64,000 nucleotides of DNA from an uncultured virus (IMG/VR IMGVR_UViG_3300029787_000020) (Duplodnaviria; Heunggongvirae; Uroviricota; Caudoviricetes): IMG/VR virus record IMGVR_UViG_3300029787_000020; one strand, written 5' to 3'. The notes under the pieces were generated by a model that was not told the DNA's origin, did no database searches, and worked only from the letters and a program-made list of their open reading frames with translations. The first letter of the stretch is position 1. Each line of letters begins with the position of its first letter. The translations under genes and the position numbers were made by a program. Of the stretch, positions 37,097-48,538 are shown piece by piece.

Positions 37097-39388
37097 ATGG
37101 CAATAGCACCAGTCAATAAATTTATATCACTTGCTGTTCCTGTTTCACCAGGAGAGCAAAAATTGTATGAGGTTCCTACAGGAACTTCTGCGTTGGTGCT
37201 ATATGCTCAAGTTGCTAATGTTGGAATTGGTCAATCATTCCCCACTGTAACATTTTTTCAAAGAAGAAAATCAAGAAGCACGGGTAATACTAGAGATATT
37301 AGAGTTTTAAGAGATGTAGAAATTCCACCTAATGATGCTTTAATTGTGATTGATGGTAGATTGGTGTTAGAAAAAACACCATTAGTTGTTGATAGTTTAT
37401 ATATTACAGGAACTCAATCTGGACTGGCAACAGTTACTAATGTATTATATGAAGAACCAACTGGAATTACAACAATTTCTACAATGGGCCCTCATGGATT
37501 TTCTGTGGGCGATCAAATAACAATTGGAGGAATTGCATTTGAATGTAAAAGTGATAGAGCTTATGGTCTTACCACCACTATTTTTCCAGATCCTAATAAA
37601 TCTTATATTGTAGAGAATGTTATTAATACACTAGAGTTCTCTACTAATGTTGGTGGTGCTAATGAAATAAATCATTTTTATAGACCTGCGGTTTATACTT
37701 TTGTTCGTGCTGAAAAAGATGCTATTACATTAGTTGGTACATCACAAAAATATAAACCATCTGGTGCAGATTATAATCCTGTTACTGGTATTGTTACATT
37801 TACAGCTGATTGCACTAACATAGTTCAACCAGATGGTTCTGATGGTGGGCCATTTACACCAACTGGTGCACTATATGATGGAAATGTTGGTATCATGACG
37901 ATCACTTTAAGTGGGCACAAATATGCCACAGGAGACTTGGTTAAATTTGATGATCATTCTTTATCATTTACATGTAGCATGGACGGTAATAATAAAGTAA
38001 AAAGATATCCACGATCATCAGATCCAATAAGAGCTACATGGGTATCGGTTGGAAATACTACAAATACTACATTTGAAATTAATGTTGGCAAATCACCAAT
38101 ATTTTATAGTAATCCAACTGATGTCATATATGATCCTCTAGTTGGATTTTCAACATTTATCATTGGATCAGATGCTGATAAATTTGAAGGCCCTACAAGT
38201 AATACCATAGTAGATGCATTATACACTCCAACATCAACTGCAGGTATTCTTACGTGCACAATTCCTGCTCATGGATTTTCTACTGGAGATTTAATTAAGA
38301 TTGATGATAATTCTTTAACATTTACTTATCCTTCTGGTGGTGGCACTGTAGAAAGAAAGTTTCCAACTCCATCAGATCCTATTAGTGGTATATTTACAGG
38401 AATTACCCGTATTGATGATAATACGTTTAAGGTAGATGTTATTGGTCAAGGTGCGATTTCAAATACATCTATACATACTTTTGTAAAATCTACATCTGGT
38501 GGTCTTAAAAAGGTAAAGGAACATGTAAAATTAGCAAATCAATCTCTTCAATTTACATGTTCAAAAGATAATCATGTAGGAGTTCATACATATCCAAGAC
38601 CTGATGGTTATGGCGGTGCTACTGGTAATGATCCAACATATGATACTGCAGTTCCAATTACTGCAGTTTCTGAGACTACAATCACTTTGGGTGTTGGTAC
38701 TGCAAAAGATACAACATCAGGAATTCATACTTTTGTACCTCAAACAGGTTTAACAATTACCGATGCAATTTATGATCCAGTTGTTGGTATTATGACTGTA
38801 ACAATTCCTGATCATGGATTATATAATGGAGATGCCATTAAAATTGCAGATAATTCTTTAACATTTAGTTGTGATTATTGTGGTGAAATAGGAATTAAAT
38901 CAGAAAAAACATATCCAAGAATAACAGATTTTGCTAGTGATACATGGTTAGGAATTGGTAATACAACAACAAATACGTTTGAAGTTCAAGTTTTAAGTAA
39001 AATTCCCTCTACTAATACAAATAAACACACTTTTGTAGGGGCAGCTGATAGTTCCGTTACAAGGGCTGTGATTAAAGGTGGTGGTGCATACACACATACA
39101 TTACAATCGGCAACAGCTGGTATGAGAAGATCAACTGATAAAATTACCATAGTACAAAATTCTTTGGTGTTTACATGTACTCAAGATTTGAATCAAACAG
39201 AACATACATATCCAAGAGCTACTGATCCTTTATATGATGGAACATTGAGTGGAAGTGGAACCACGGCAATTACCAGAGCTGATTATAATACATTTTCAGC
39301 ATATGTTGGAGTATCATCATCTGGTGGATTGGTTGCACCACTTCAAATGGAATTTATTGCAAGTATTCTAGAGAATAGTAATGCCTAA
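37097..39388 (+). CDS. Virion structural protein with HxYPR repeat domains, module B gene 2
   Basis: Ends match 6629..6970; middle repeats YxPxxG..HG..SLTFTC..YPR..DP..HTFV. Confidence 0.8.
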   Translation: MAIAPVNKFISLAVPVSPGEQKLYEVPTGTSALVLYAQVANVGIGQSFPTVTFFQRRKSRSTGNTRDIRVLRDVEIPPNDALIVIDGRLVLEKTPLVVDSLYITGTQSGLATVTNVLYEEPTGITTISTMGPHGFSVGDQITIGGIAFECKSDRAYGLTTTIFPDPNKSYIVENVINTLEFSTNVGGANEINHFYRPAVYTFVRAEKDAITLVGTSQKYKPSGADYNPVTGIVTFTADCTNIVQPDGSDGGPFTPTGALYDGNVGIMTITLSGHKYATGDLVKFDDHSLSFTCSMDGNNKVKRYPRSSDPIRATWVSVGNTTNTTFEINVGKSPIFYSNPTDVIYDPLVGFSTFIIGSDADKFEGPTSNTIVDALYTPTSTAGILTCTIPAHGFSTGDLIKIDDNSLTFTYPSGGGTVERKFPTPSDPISGIFTGITRIDDNTFKVDVIGQGAISNTSIHTFVKSTSGGLKKVKEHVKLANQSLQFTCSKDNHVGVHTYPRPDGYGGATGNDPTYDTAVPITAVSETTITLGVGTAKDTTSGIHTFVPQTGLTITDAIYDPVVGIMTVTIPDHGLYNGDAIKIADNSLTFSCDYCGEIGIKSEKTYPRITDFASDTWLGIGNTTTNTFEVQVLSKIPSTNTNKHTFVGAADSSVTRAVIKGGGAYTHTLQSATAGMRRSTDKITIVQNSLVFTCTQDLNQTEHTYPRATDPLYDGTLSGSGTTAITRADYNTFSAYVGVSSSGGLVAPLQMEFIASILENSNA

Positions 39389-42300
39389 GTATATTAGTGG
39401 TAAAGTAAAGGTTAGTCCTCAAGATAAGTTATCTCCTTACAGAAATAGATATCTTGAATTGGGTGACGCAGAACCTAATTTTGGTAATCCTGCAACTTTA
39501 GGAATTATTAATGGTGGAAGTAGTGCTGGTATTCCAGCTGGAACAAGGTATCAATCCATAACCGTTCATGGAGATACCACTGGAAATAGATATTGGATTC
39601 CCGTAGGTGGAGGAGTAATACCAGGTTCCATTAGTGTATTTGAAGAAGGAGTAATTGTAGGTACTGCTAATAGTATTAGCCAACTTAATTTTGTAGGGAA
39701 TATTATAACCGCAATCGCAGAGGAGGCTATTGGTGGTAATCCTGGTAATATTGCCACAGTATCAATTAGACCTACTACTCGTGATAAAGAAATATTATTT
39801 TCCAAAGATCCCATAGGAAATGGAAATACTGATTTTTCAGGATCATCTGATTTTACATTCAATTATAACACTGGTATTGTTAGTGTAACCACTGGAATTC
39901 ATATAGCTCCAATAGTAGGAACAGGTGCTACTTTTAATGTTGGTGCTGGTGGAAGTGTATTTCATGTAGTTAGTGCTGGAAATACTTCACTGATTGGAAT
40001 TGGAACCGCAAATCCAGTACAAAATTTGGATGTTAAAGGTAATATAAAATTAGATGGTGATTTGCATTTAGTTGATGCAGGTACTATTATTGATTATACT
40101 GGTAATGTTGGTGCAGAAGCAAATATTCTCACTAAAGGCACAAATGGTGTTGAATGGTTAAGACCAAATCAAATTGTAGCTGGTGCTGCTGGAACAGTGA
40201 CTGTTCTTCAATACCATAAAGCAGGTGGAATTTTAGGGGGAGCTTCAAATTATAATTCTGGAACTGGTGCGATGAGCATTGCAGTTGTATGGGATCCCAC
40301 TAACAACCGTTTAGGTATTGGTAGCACTCAACCATCAAGTCTATTGGATGTTGAAGGTAATTCTATATTTACAGGCATTACCAGTTTTGTTGGGTTAACA
40401 ACTGTAACCGAGGGTGGATTAGGTGCAAATAGTTTAACTGTATCTGGTCTTTCCACATTTAACGATGTTATAGATGCTAATAATGGTATAAATGCATCAA
40501 CTGCAAAGATTGAAGATTTAACAGCAGATCGTGTTGTCTTTACTTCAACAGGTGGAGAACTTCAAACTAGTAACAATATATCATATAATACTACAGATGG
40601 ATTGAATGTAACTGGATTAATAACTGCTACAAATTTAGCTGCTTCGGGTGTTGGTACTATTGCAAATATTGAAATTGGAGGATCTAATAATAATGAAATA
40701 AAAACATTAAGTGCTGGTTTAATTTTATCATCTGCTAGTGCTTTGGTTCGTATTGATGATAAAGTAGAGGTAAATGATAGCACAGATTCCACCAATAGTT
40801 TAGATGGAGCATTAATTAGTGATGGTGGATTAGGTGTTGCTAAAAATGCAAATATTGGTAAAAATGTAAATGTTGGTGGTGCATTATCAGTCACGGGTAC
40901 ATCAGTTGGTGTTGCAGTTACTCTTGCTGCTGCTGGTGGAATAACAACCGTTGGTGGAGATTTATATGTTGGTGGAGATTTATTTGTTGTAGATGATATA
41001 TTTTTAGATGAGGGTAGATTTAACACACTTATTGTAGAACAAAACTCTACATTTGAAGGAAATATAGATGCTCAAGCTAATGTTGGTGTTGGTAGTATTA
41101 TTGTATCTGGTGTCTCTACATTCACTGGTAACATTGAAGCTAAGTCTAATTTAGATGTAGATGGTACAACAGATTTAGATCTTCTGAATGTTTCTGAAAC
41201 TGCTACATTCGATGGAAATATAGATGCAAATCAAAATTTAGATGTAGATGGTACAACAGATTTAGATGTTCTTAATGTTGCCGAGACTGCTACATTCTCT
41301 TCCAACATAGATGTAGATGGTACAACAGATTTAGATCTTCTGAATGTTTCTGAAACTGCCACATTCGATGATAAGGTATCAATCGGTGGTACGGTTGGAT
41401 TTGGAAAAAGTGTATTTCTTCCTGATAATAAAAGAGTACTTTTTGGTAGTGATGATGATTTAGAAATATTTTTTGATGGTACACACTCAAAAATAGATCA
41501 TCTACCAACAGGTGGGAGTTTATTTTTAGCTGGAGATTCACTTGTACTATCTAATAGTGGCATGGAGCAATATTATCTTCAAGCTGCTGAAAATGGTTCA
41601 GTTTTACTTAACTATTCAGGAAATACAAAATTTAAAACATCTGGAGTCGGTGTTACTGTTTATAATCAATTAGATACCACTTATATTGATGCGGTTGGTG
41701 TTATTACAGCACGTGATCACATAAAATTTGCTAACTCAGGTGATGGAATTATATTTGGAACTGAAGGAAGTAGTGATAGACCTTCTATAATTGGTAATTA
41801 TACGTCACAAACTGATAATCACATAGTGTTTAACACTACTGGTACCGAAAAACTTCGCATCACAAAGGATGGTGACGTTGGTATCGGAACTAATAATCCT
41901 ACTGGAGCAAATGCACTTACGAATAATAATGCTACATTAGCAGTTGGAAGTCTTAAAGCTAATAATTTAGAGGGAACTTATACTGTTCCTGGAGAAACGG
42001 GACAAGTTTTCTTCAATAATTCTGATGTTTTAACTGCTGCGAGTACTTTATATTGGGATGAATCGAACGATAGGTTTGGTGTCGGAACTGATAATCCACA
42101 GAAAAGATTAGAAGTTTTTGATGGAGATATTTACTTAAATTCTACAGACAAAAAAATATATTTAACTAGTGATTATGATCAATACATTACTGCCAATGCT
42201 GCTTCTAATTACATGGTGTTTGCAGCAGGAAATAAAGAAAGACTTCGCATCACATCAAATGGCCAAGTTGCTATTGGAACTGATCAGATTGAACCAAGTT

Positions 42301-45167
42301 CCACTCCTGAAAATTTTGAGATTAAACTTTCCGTTCTTGGGGATATAGTAGCAAAAGCATTTGATGGATCAGGAAATGTTACAACAGATTACACAATTAT
42401 ACATGGTGGAACAATTGAATTAAATCGTGCAGCAAATGATGCTTTTATTGATTTTAAGACAACCACAGGCGAAGATCATGATTGTCGTATTGGAACTAAC
42501 GATAATGGTTTAATATTTATCACTGGAGGTGACGGTTCAGCAGGAGAAAAACTTCGCATTAACTCAAGTGGACAAGTATCCGTTGGATCTGAACCCTCTT
42601 CAGGAATAGGAACTCTTAATGTAAAACCTAGTAGTGATGATGAATATTTAAAAGTTAGAGATGCTGGTGATTTTGATGCTACTTTAAATGGAATTGCAAT
42701 TGACTGTCGTAATAGTGCAAATAATGCATCAAAAGATATTCTTGTTAGATCAGAAAGATTAAGTTTATGGCTAGGTTCTGGTAGCGGTTCAGAAAAACTT
42801 CTCATCGACTCAGATGGAAATTTAATACCAGGAAGTAATTCTCAAAATATAGGTTCAGCTACCACCTCATGGGGTACTATCTATGGTAATGTTATTGGTA
42901 ATATACAAGGTGTTGCTGATGATGTAAAAACCACAAAGAAAGATGATCTAAGTTCGGGTTATTTAACTTTTGTTGATAGTAATAATGAGTCTGCGACTGG
43001 TGAAGACATTTATACCTCTACTAATTTTGAAATTGATTCTTCAACGGGAACATTAAAATTACCTAAGACTGATGGTGGTATTAAATTTGGGCCAGGAACT
43101 GCTACAAATGATGATGCACATATTGAATGGAAAGGTGGTGCTAATGCTGGTTATTTAAGAATTTCCACATCCAATGATAATGGAACAGAATATATTCAGT
43201 TTGGAGATTATGCTAGTGAAGATAAAAGTGGTACATTTACCGAATGGTTAAAAATACGAAGGGATGGTGCAGATCTTACTGGGCAATTATATGTATCTGG
43301 TATATCAACTATTAACAATAGTCTTGATGTAAATGGTATTGCTAGATTTAATGATACAACTGATGCTACTGATTCAACCACTGGTGGATCAGTTACAATA
43401 GATGGTGGTGCTGCTATTGCCAAGAGTTTATTTGTTGGTGCTAATTTAGATGTTACTGGAACTTTAGTTGTAGATGGAAATGTAACATTAGGTAATGATG
43501 CTACTAGTGATACCGTAACATTTAATGCTGATATAGCAAGTCATCTATATCCTAGTGCTCATGAAACACATAATATAGGTTCAGCTACCACCTCATGGAA
43601 TAATGTATATGCAAAAGAATATTATGGAATATTTAAGGGAGACATTGCTAATACTGTAGCTACATTGTCTCTTGATGCCAGTGTTACTGATGTTTTCGAT
43701 ATAAGTTCAAATAGTCTTTCTGCTGATGATCCTAATGCTGATAAACTTGTAATATGGGATGATACTGATGGTAAATTAACTCATGCAGGTCTTGGAACTG
43801 GATTATATTATAGTGGTACAAATCTTGATAGCACCACCTATGATTTTGAATTAGTAGATCATGGATCCAATAGTGGAGGTGGAACTGGTAATGATGCAAT
43901 ATTAAGATTAAATCCATCCACTGGAACTGATGATGATATAAGATTGATTGCTGGTTCCAATATTACACTTTCTCAGGATACAGGAACTCTTACTGTATCT
44001 TCCACGGATACCACAACTAATAACTTATATAAACTTGAGTGTGCTCAAACAGGTGATCCTGCTTCTGATACCACAACTACTCTTAATAATAACCCCAAAC
44101 TTTCACTTCAATCAAATGGTGGTTCTGGAAGTACTTATAGTGAAGTAGATTCTATTCAAATAAATGGTGGAAATTTCTGCACCGTAACTAGAAGTGGTGA
44201 TGGTTCATTAACTATTGATGCTGATGACCAAACTGGAACAACTTATCAGTTAAAAGCTACAAAAGATTCTGATGGTGGAGCTACTGGAACTACTGCTGAT
44301 CCATATCTATTTTTAGATGCCTCATCTGGAACTGATGATTCTGTTCGATTAGTAGGTTCAGGCACTGTTGATGTAGATTGGGATGATGAAGGTCAAATCA
44401 CTATAAAAGGAACTGATACCAATGTTGATACAGTTACTAATGCATTTAAAACATTTAGTACTCCAGATGGAGAGAGTGTAGTATCAAACTCTACAACTGG
44501 TACACTGACTTTTAAGCAGAGTGGTGGTATGACGATCACTTCAGATCCTACCACGAATGAGATTACATTTAGTTCTACAAATACCAATACCGAATATAAT
44601 TATACTGCTGTTGATGATAGTGGTGCAGTAAAACTAAGATTATCAACTACAGATGGTATTAGTAATCAAGATATTGAAATTGCAGGAACTACAGATCAAA
44701 TTGAGGTAACTCAAAACACTAGTGGTAAAATTACACTATCAATGGCTGCTGGTTACTCTTCTGGAAAAGATTTATCATCTTCATCAAAAAGATTTGATGT
44801 TTTGGCATGGACTGATTCTCTGGCAAATGGTGGACATACTTATGTTGGAGATGAACTATATTTCTTCAATAGTAATAAAGAAAGTGCCGATGCAACAATA
44901 AGTTTTTCTGGTGGAACAAATTTTGTTTTCGATCACAATATTCTACCAACTGGTACAATTGATCTAGGATCAACGACAGCAAGATGGAACAACATTTATG
45001 TAAATGACCTTCAACTTTCAAATAAATCTAAAAAAGATACAGGTGGTAATGATGTGGATGGAACTTGGGGTGACTGGACTTTGCAAGAGGGTGAGGATAA
45101 TGTTTATATGATAAATAATCGAACTGGTAAAAAGTATGCCATGATGCTTAAAGAGGTGGAACATTAA
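39381..45167 (+). CDS. Long tail-fibre protein (1928 aa), module B gene 3
   Basis: MPKYISG start; GIGT, EKLRI and NLDVDG repeats; C-terminal WNNIY..GTWGDWTLQEGE..NNRTGKKY domain. Confidence 0.85.
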   Translation: MPKYISGKVKVSPQDKLSPYRNRYLELGDAEPNFGNPATLGIINGGSSAGIPAGTRYQSITVHGDTTGNRYWIPVGGGVIPGSISVFEEGVIVGTANSISQLNFVGNIITAIAEEAIGGNPGNIATVSIRPTTRDKEILFSKDPIGNGNTDFSGSSDFTFNYNTGIVSVTTGIHIAPIVGTGATFNVGAGGSVFHVVSAGNTSLIGIGTANPVQNLDVKGNIKLDGDLHLVDAGTIIDYTGNVGAEANILTKGTNGVEWLRPNQIVAGAAGTVTVLQYHKAGGILGGASNYNSGTGAMSIAVVWDPTNNRLGIGSTQPSSLLDVEGNSIFTGITSFVGLTTVTEGGLGANSLTVSGLSTFNDVIDANNGINASTAKIEDLTADRVVFTSTGGELQTSNNISYNTTDGLNVTGLITATNLAASGVGTIANIEIGGSNNNEIKTLSAGLILSSASALVRIDDKVEVNDSTDSTNSLDGALISDGGLGVAKNANIGKNVNVGGALSVTGTSVGVAVTLAAAGGITTVGGDLYVGGDLFVVDDIFLDEGRFNTLIVEQNSTFEGNIDAQANVGVGSIIVSGVSTFTGNIEAKSNLDVDGTTDLDLLNVSETATFDGNIDANQNLDVDGTTDLDVLNVAETATFSSNIDVDGTTDLDLLNVSETATFDDKVSIGGTVGFGKSVFLPDNKRVLFGSDDDLEIFFDGTHSKIDHLPTGGSLFLAGDSLVLSNSGMEQYYLQAAENGSVLLNYSGNTKFKTSGVGVTVYNQLDTTYIDAVGVITARDHIKFANSGDGIIFGTEGSSDRPSIIGNYTSQTDNHIVFNTTGTEKLRITKDGDVGIGTNNPTGANALTNNNATLAVGSLKANNLEGTYTVPGETGQVFFNNSDVLTAASTLYWDESNDRFGVGTDNPQKRLEVFDGDIYLNSTDKKIYLTSDYDQYITANAASNYMVFAAGNKERLRITSNGQVAIGTDQIEPSSTPENFEIKLSVLGDIVAKAFDGSGNVTTDYTIIHGGTIELNRAANDAFIDFKTTTGEDHDCRIGTNDNGLIFITGGDGSAGEKLRINSSGQVSVGSEPSSGIGTLNVKPSSDDEYLKVRDAGDFDATLNGIAIDCRNSANNASKDILVRSERLSLWLGSGSGSEKLLIDSDGNLIPGSNSQNIGSATTSWGTIYGNVIGNIQGVADDVKTTKKDDLSSGYLTFVDSNNESATGEDIYTSTNFEIDSSTGTLKLPKTDGGIKFGPGTATNDDAHIEWKGGANAGYLRISTSNDNGTEYIQFGDYASEDKSGTFTEWLKIRRDGADLTGQLYVSGISTINNSLDVNGIARFNDTTDATDSTTGGSVTIDGGAAIAKSLFVGANLDVTGTLVVDGNVTLGNDATSDTVTFNADIASHLYPSAHETHNIGSATTSWNNVYAKEYYGIFKGDIANTVATLSLDASVTDVFDISSNSLSADDPNADKLVIWDDTDGKLTHAGLGTGLYYSGTNLDSTTYDFELVDHGSNSGGGTGNDAILRLNPSTGTDDDIRLIAGSNITLSQDTGTLTVSSTDTTTNNLYKLECAQTGDPASDTTTTLNNNPKLSLQSNGGSGSTYSEVDSIQINGGNFCTVTRSGDGSLTIDADDQTGTTYQLKATKDSDGGATGTTADPYLFLDASSGTDDSVRLVGSGTVDVDWDDEGQITIKGTDTNVDTVTNAFKTFSTPDGESVVSNSTTGTLTFKQSGGMTITSDPTTNEITFSSTNTNTEYNYTAVDDSGAVKLRLSTTDGISNQDIEIAGTTDQIEVTQNTSGKITLSMAAGYSSGKDLSSSSKRFDVLAWTDSLANGGHTYVGDELYFFNSNKESADATISFSGGTNFVFDHNILPTGTIDLGSTTARWNNIYVNDLQLSNKSKKDTGGNDVDGTWGDWTLQEGEDNVYMINNRTGKKYAMMLKEVEH
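41148..41370 (+). repeat. Three near-identical NLDVDGTTDLDxLNVxETATF repeats
   Basis: atagatgtagatggtacaacagatttagat-like copies near 41148, 41235 and 41304. Confidence 0.85.
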
Positions 45168-47929
45168 TGCCTATTAATTATGGTGATGTAGTTTCATATA
45201 ATGCGGTAACTGGTTGGAATTCCGCAGGTGATGGTACTAATTGGCAAGTAAATCCAGCAAGAATATTACAAATAAGAACCGCCACAGGAAGTGTGTCTAA
45301 TGAATCTAGCAGTGATTATGTTAATGTGACATCTGTCCAGATGAAACGCACAAAACCAGATAGTATATTTTATGCTCAAATTGCGGGTAGAGCGTCAAGT
45401 GGTACTGTATTAGCATACGGTGGTTTCGTATATACTTTTGAAGAAGACCGTACAACTACACTTACCATTACGGATAGTACAACAGGACAAACATACACAT
45501 ACACGTATGTAGGTTTCGATAGTTCTATTAATAAATTTGCTGAATGGTCTAATGTTAATACAACAACATCTGGTGTAACAGCAACCTCTAGGAAAATAGT
45601 ATGGAATGATACGGAAGTTTATAGTAATGCATCTAGGGTAGTTCCACCTAACTCAGTTTATACTGAATTTTCTACTGGTGATGAATTTACAGGCAATGAT
45701 GGATATCAATATAAGATAGGGGATCTTGAATATTCAAGTACGTCAACCATTAATGGTGTTACTGTAGGTACTAAGAGATATGAAATTGCAAGACGTTATC
45801 TCTCTGCTAGTGCTGCTAATACTGGAGAACCAGAAGTTAGAATCAGGATGATGAGACTCGATGGGACATACCAAAGAACATTAGGTGGATCTTGGACTGT
45901 TGATGAAGAGTTTAATTTACCTACCCAAAACTCTGCATTACCTAGAGGTGAAGCAACCTTTGAACTATCTGCTTTTTATCAACCAACAAAAACATATTAT
46001 CCTCATGAAAGCACTGTTTTCATTTCCCTTGAGGCTAAAAATGATAATAGTGGAGGAATCGTCAATATTGGGCAAAACTGTGAGTATTTTAATGTGGCAA
46101 GTCTAAGAGTTTATGAAATTGATAATGGTACATCAACTTTTATAATGAAACCAGATGATGCAGCATTTACAGACACAGAAGGTATAACAGGTACTACTGG
46201 AGACCCTTTTTCTTCAAGTTATGTAAGAACAACAGGTTATGGAATACCGAACCATTGGTGGATAAATCGAGATACCATGTATTCACCAGGCGTTAGATGT
46301 TTAATACCCAATCACAATGTTGCTGGTGAATGGATTGCATTTGGTGAGGGATTTCAAATGACTGACGGGATTGATACCTCTGATGCAAATACTGGATGGT
46401 CTCATATGTATACAACTCGTTCCAGAATTGCTGCAATGATTACAGATGATAATGGTGTTACTTGGCAAGAAATGGATGATTCTACATACTCTTCTAGTAC
46501 TGATTATTTTCCACCAATAGTTTTTGATTGGGCTACTAATGGAAACACTGATCCTGATGATGCATTGTGGTTGATAGGTGGATATGAACGACAGAGGGAA
46601 CCATCTGCTGGTTCACTAGAGCTTGATGGTGATATATGCTTATATCGTAATAGTGTAAGTGCATTCGGTAATGAGTTTGATGATTGGGATCTAAAATTTG
46701 TTGAGAGAGATACTGCTGCTAGAGTTATAGGAGGTTCTACAGTTGTACCATCTAATTCTGGATACCAATTTATAACATCAGTATGCTATAGCAATGGATA
46801 TTTTGTCATAGCTAATAACCTTGGACGTACAAATAGAGCTACAGAAGCAAATGTAAAAACTGGAGCTGGTCTCATAGCATTTGATGGATGGGTTAATTGT
46901 TGGGGTGTCTCAGACACTGCAGCAGGTGCTAACCAAATTAATTGTTTAACCTCAAATGATGGTGGTAGTAAAATTATGGCAGGTGGTGATAATAAAATTT
47001 TGTTCTCAGATAATTCTGGACAAACTTGGAGTGATTCATTTGCTATTATGCAAGGGTACTCTCCAGGTGATTTTAGTCCAGCAACTATACCACATATAAG
47101 TGGCACGGCCAGTCCAGATTACTTGAAGGCAGTTCATAATATAACATATGTGGCGGGTGAAGTATATGTTGGAAGTGTAAAAAAGGGGCCAGGAGTTTGG
47201 ATAGCCTGTGGTTTTAAATCTCCAGATTATGATGCGTTACATGCAAATAAAACACCATTATATGCATATTGTGATGAAACAGAGGACAGAGTGAATGGTC
47301 TCCCCGTTTGGCATGAAATTGACGTTGCAAATGATACTAATTTACCCACAGGTTCTCAATATAATGTAAGGGAGAGAATTGTTTCCACAGGAAATGGTAC
47401 TTTAATGACTTGGGCAGGTGCTGGCCCTGGCCTTTCTGGTCCTAAATCAGATATGGGGGGAACATCATCTAGTCAATTATACAGTCAACAAGCTGATTCA
47501 TATCGGTTTGGAAGTCTAGATGGAGATGGTAGCAATACCAAAAGTGGACAGACAGGTACTAATAACAGTATTGGAGGAGTACGGGCTAAACTCAATACCA
47601 ATGGATATCCAGATTCTTCATATGGAAGTCCAGATGCTAATGGTGTTAACTGGGACTCATCAAAAGCGTCATTTTGGGTAAGTTATGGGTCACTTACAGA
47701 TTGGATACAAGTATCTTCTGGAACTCCATTTATTGGTGCTTCATATTCAGGCACTGCTAATGCACCAACTGATGTGGGTGATAGTGGGCCTGGAAATACT
47801 TCAGCACCTAATGTTTTTCAAATGAAGGCAGATGGTTGGTCAAATGGACGTTATATGGTCGGATCAGTTGGGGGAGAGGTTTATAACAAGGCTGGTGGTA
47901 GAATAGCTTTCATTGACATTCCAGAGTGA
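45167..47929 (+). CDS. Fibre-associated protein with Asp-box/beta-propeller-like region
   Basis: TDDNGVTW and SDNSGQTW Asp-box motifs; TAATG-coupled to the fibre gene. Confidence 0.65.
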   Translation: MPINYGDVVSYNAVTGWNSAGDGTNWQVNPARILQIRTATGSVSNESSSDYVNVTSVQMKRTKPDSIFYAQIAGRASSGTVLAYGGFVYTFEEDRTTTLTITDSTTGQTYTYTYVGFDSSINKFAEWSNVNTTTSGVTATSRKIVWNDTEVYSNASRVVPPNSVYTEFSTGDEFTGNDGYQYKIGDLEYSSTSTINGVTVGTKRYEIARRYLSASAANTGEPEVRIRMMRLDGTYQRTLGGSWTVDEEFNLPTQNSALPRGEATFELSAFYQPTKTYYPHESTVFISLEAKNDNSGGIVNIGQNCEYFNVASLRVYEIDNGTSTFIMKPDDAAFTDTEGITGTTGDPFSSSYVRTTGYGIPNHWWINRDTMYSPGVRCLIPNHNVAGEWIAFGEGFQMTDGIDTSDANTGWSHMYTTRSRIAAMITDDNGVTWQEMDDSTYSSSTDYFPPIVFDWATNGNTDPDDALWLIGGYERQREPSAGSLELDGDICLYRNSVSAFGNEFDDWDLKFVERDTAARVIGGSTVVPSNSGYQFITSVCYSNGYFVIANNLGRTNRATEANVKTGAGLIAFDGWVNCWGVSDTAAGANQINCLTSNDGGSKIMAGGDNKILFSDNSGQTWSDSFAIMQGYSPGDFSPATIPHISGTASPDYLKAVHNITYVAGEVYVGSVKKGPGVWIACGFKSPDYDALHANKTPLYAYCDETEDRVNGLPVWHEIDVANDTNLPTGSQYNVRERIVSTGNGTLMTWAGAGPGLSGPKSDMGGTSSSQLYSQQADSYRFGSLDGDGSNTKSGQTGTNNSIGGVRAKLNTNGYPDSSYGSPDANGVNWDSSKASFWVSYGSLTDWIQVSSGTPFIGASYSGTANAPTDVGDSGPGNTSAPNVFQMKADGWSNGRYMVGSVGGEVYNKAGGRIAFIDIPE

Positions 47930-47956
47930 TAAATATATTTACATTTATGTTATAGT

Positions 47957-48535
47957 ATGAGTGTTAATTTTTCCGATCCATCTCCGAATAATCCAAGTCT
48001 TCCTGATATAGGTACCGAACAAAAGGCACCTCAAGTATTTCATGCAATAGGTCAAAATTTGGGGGATGATTTTCAATACGCAGGCCCAAATTATAATTGG
48101 AAATGGGTAACTGGTGTTACAATGACTGCCGTTAGACCTAATAGTACTTATCATATAACACTATCTACGTATGCAGTTGCAAATGGAAGTAATAATGGAC
48201 AAGGAACTCCATATGTCAGAATACGAAGAGGAAATACTAATACTTATGTTACCGATGGTGGTTCTAATGGAATGTCTGGAAGAACATCTGTGAATACAAA
48301 TTTTAATAGAAATGTTCATGATGGTAGTTTATTAAACTACATCTTTAAAGATCAACCAGGATTAAGAACAGGAGATACGGTTACATATTCACTTCAAGTA
48401 AAATGTAATGGAGCAGATGGATATGCACTTTTTGGTTATTCAACGGAAGGATTTGGATATGATGGAGCATCTCTGGTTGTAAAAGAAATAGGGCCAGAGA
48501 TAGGATCAACAGTTGCTAATGCAATCGGTAGATAA
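47957..48535 (+). CDS. Fibre-associated hypothetical protein
   Basis: Late box GATAAATA at 47928; TVTYSLQ...SLVVKEI beta-sandwich-like pattern. Confidence 0.65.
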   Translation: MSVNFSDPSPNNPSLPDIGTEQKAPQVFHAIGQNLGDDFQYAGPNYNWKWVTGVTMTAVRPNSTYHITLSTYAVANGSNNGQGTPYVRIRRGNTNTYVTDGGSNGMSGRTSVNTNFNRNVHDGSLLNYIFKDQPGLRTGDTVTYSLQVKCNGADGYALFGYSTEGFGYDGASLVVKEIGPEIGSTVANAIGR

Positions 48536-48538
48536 CTT

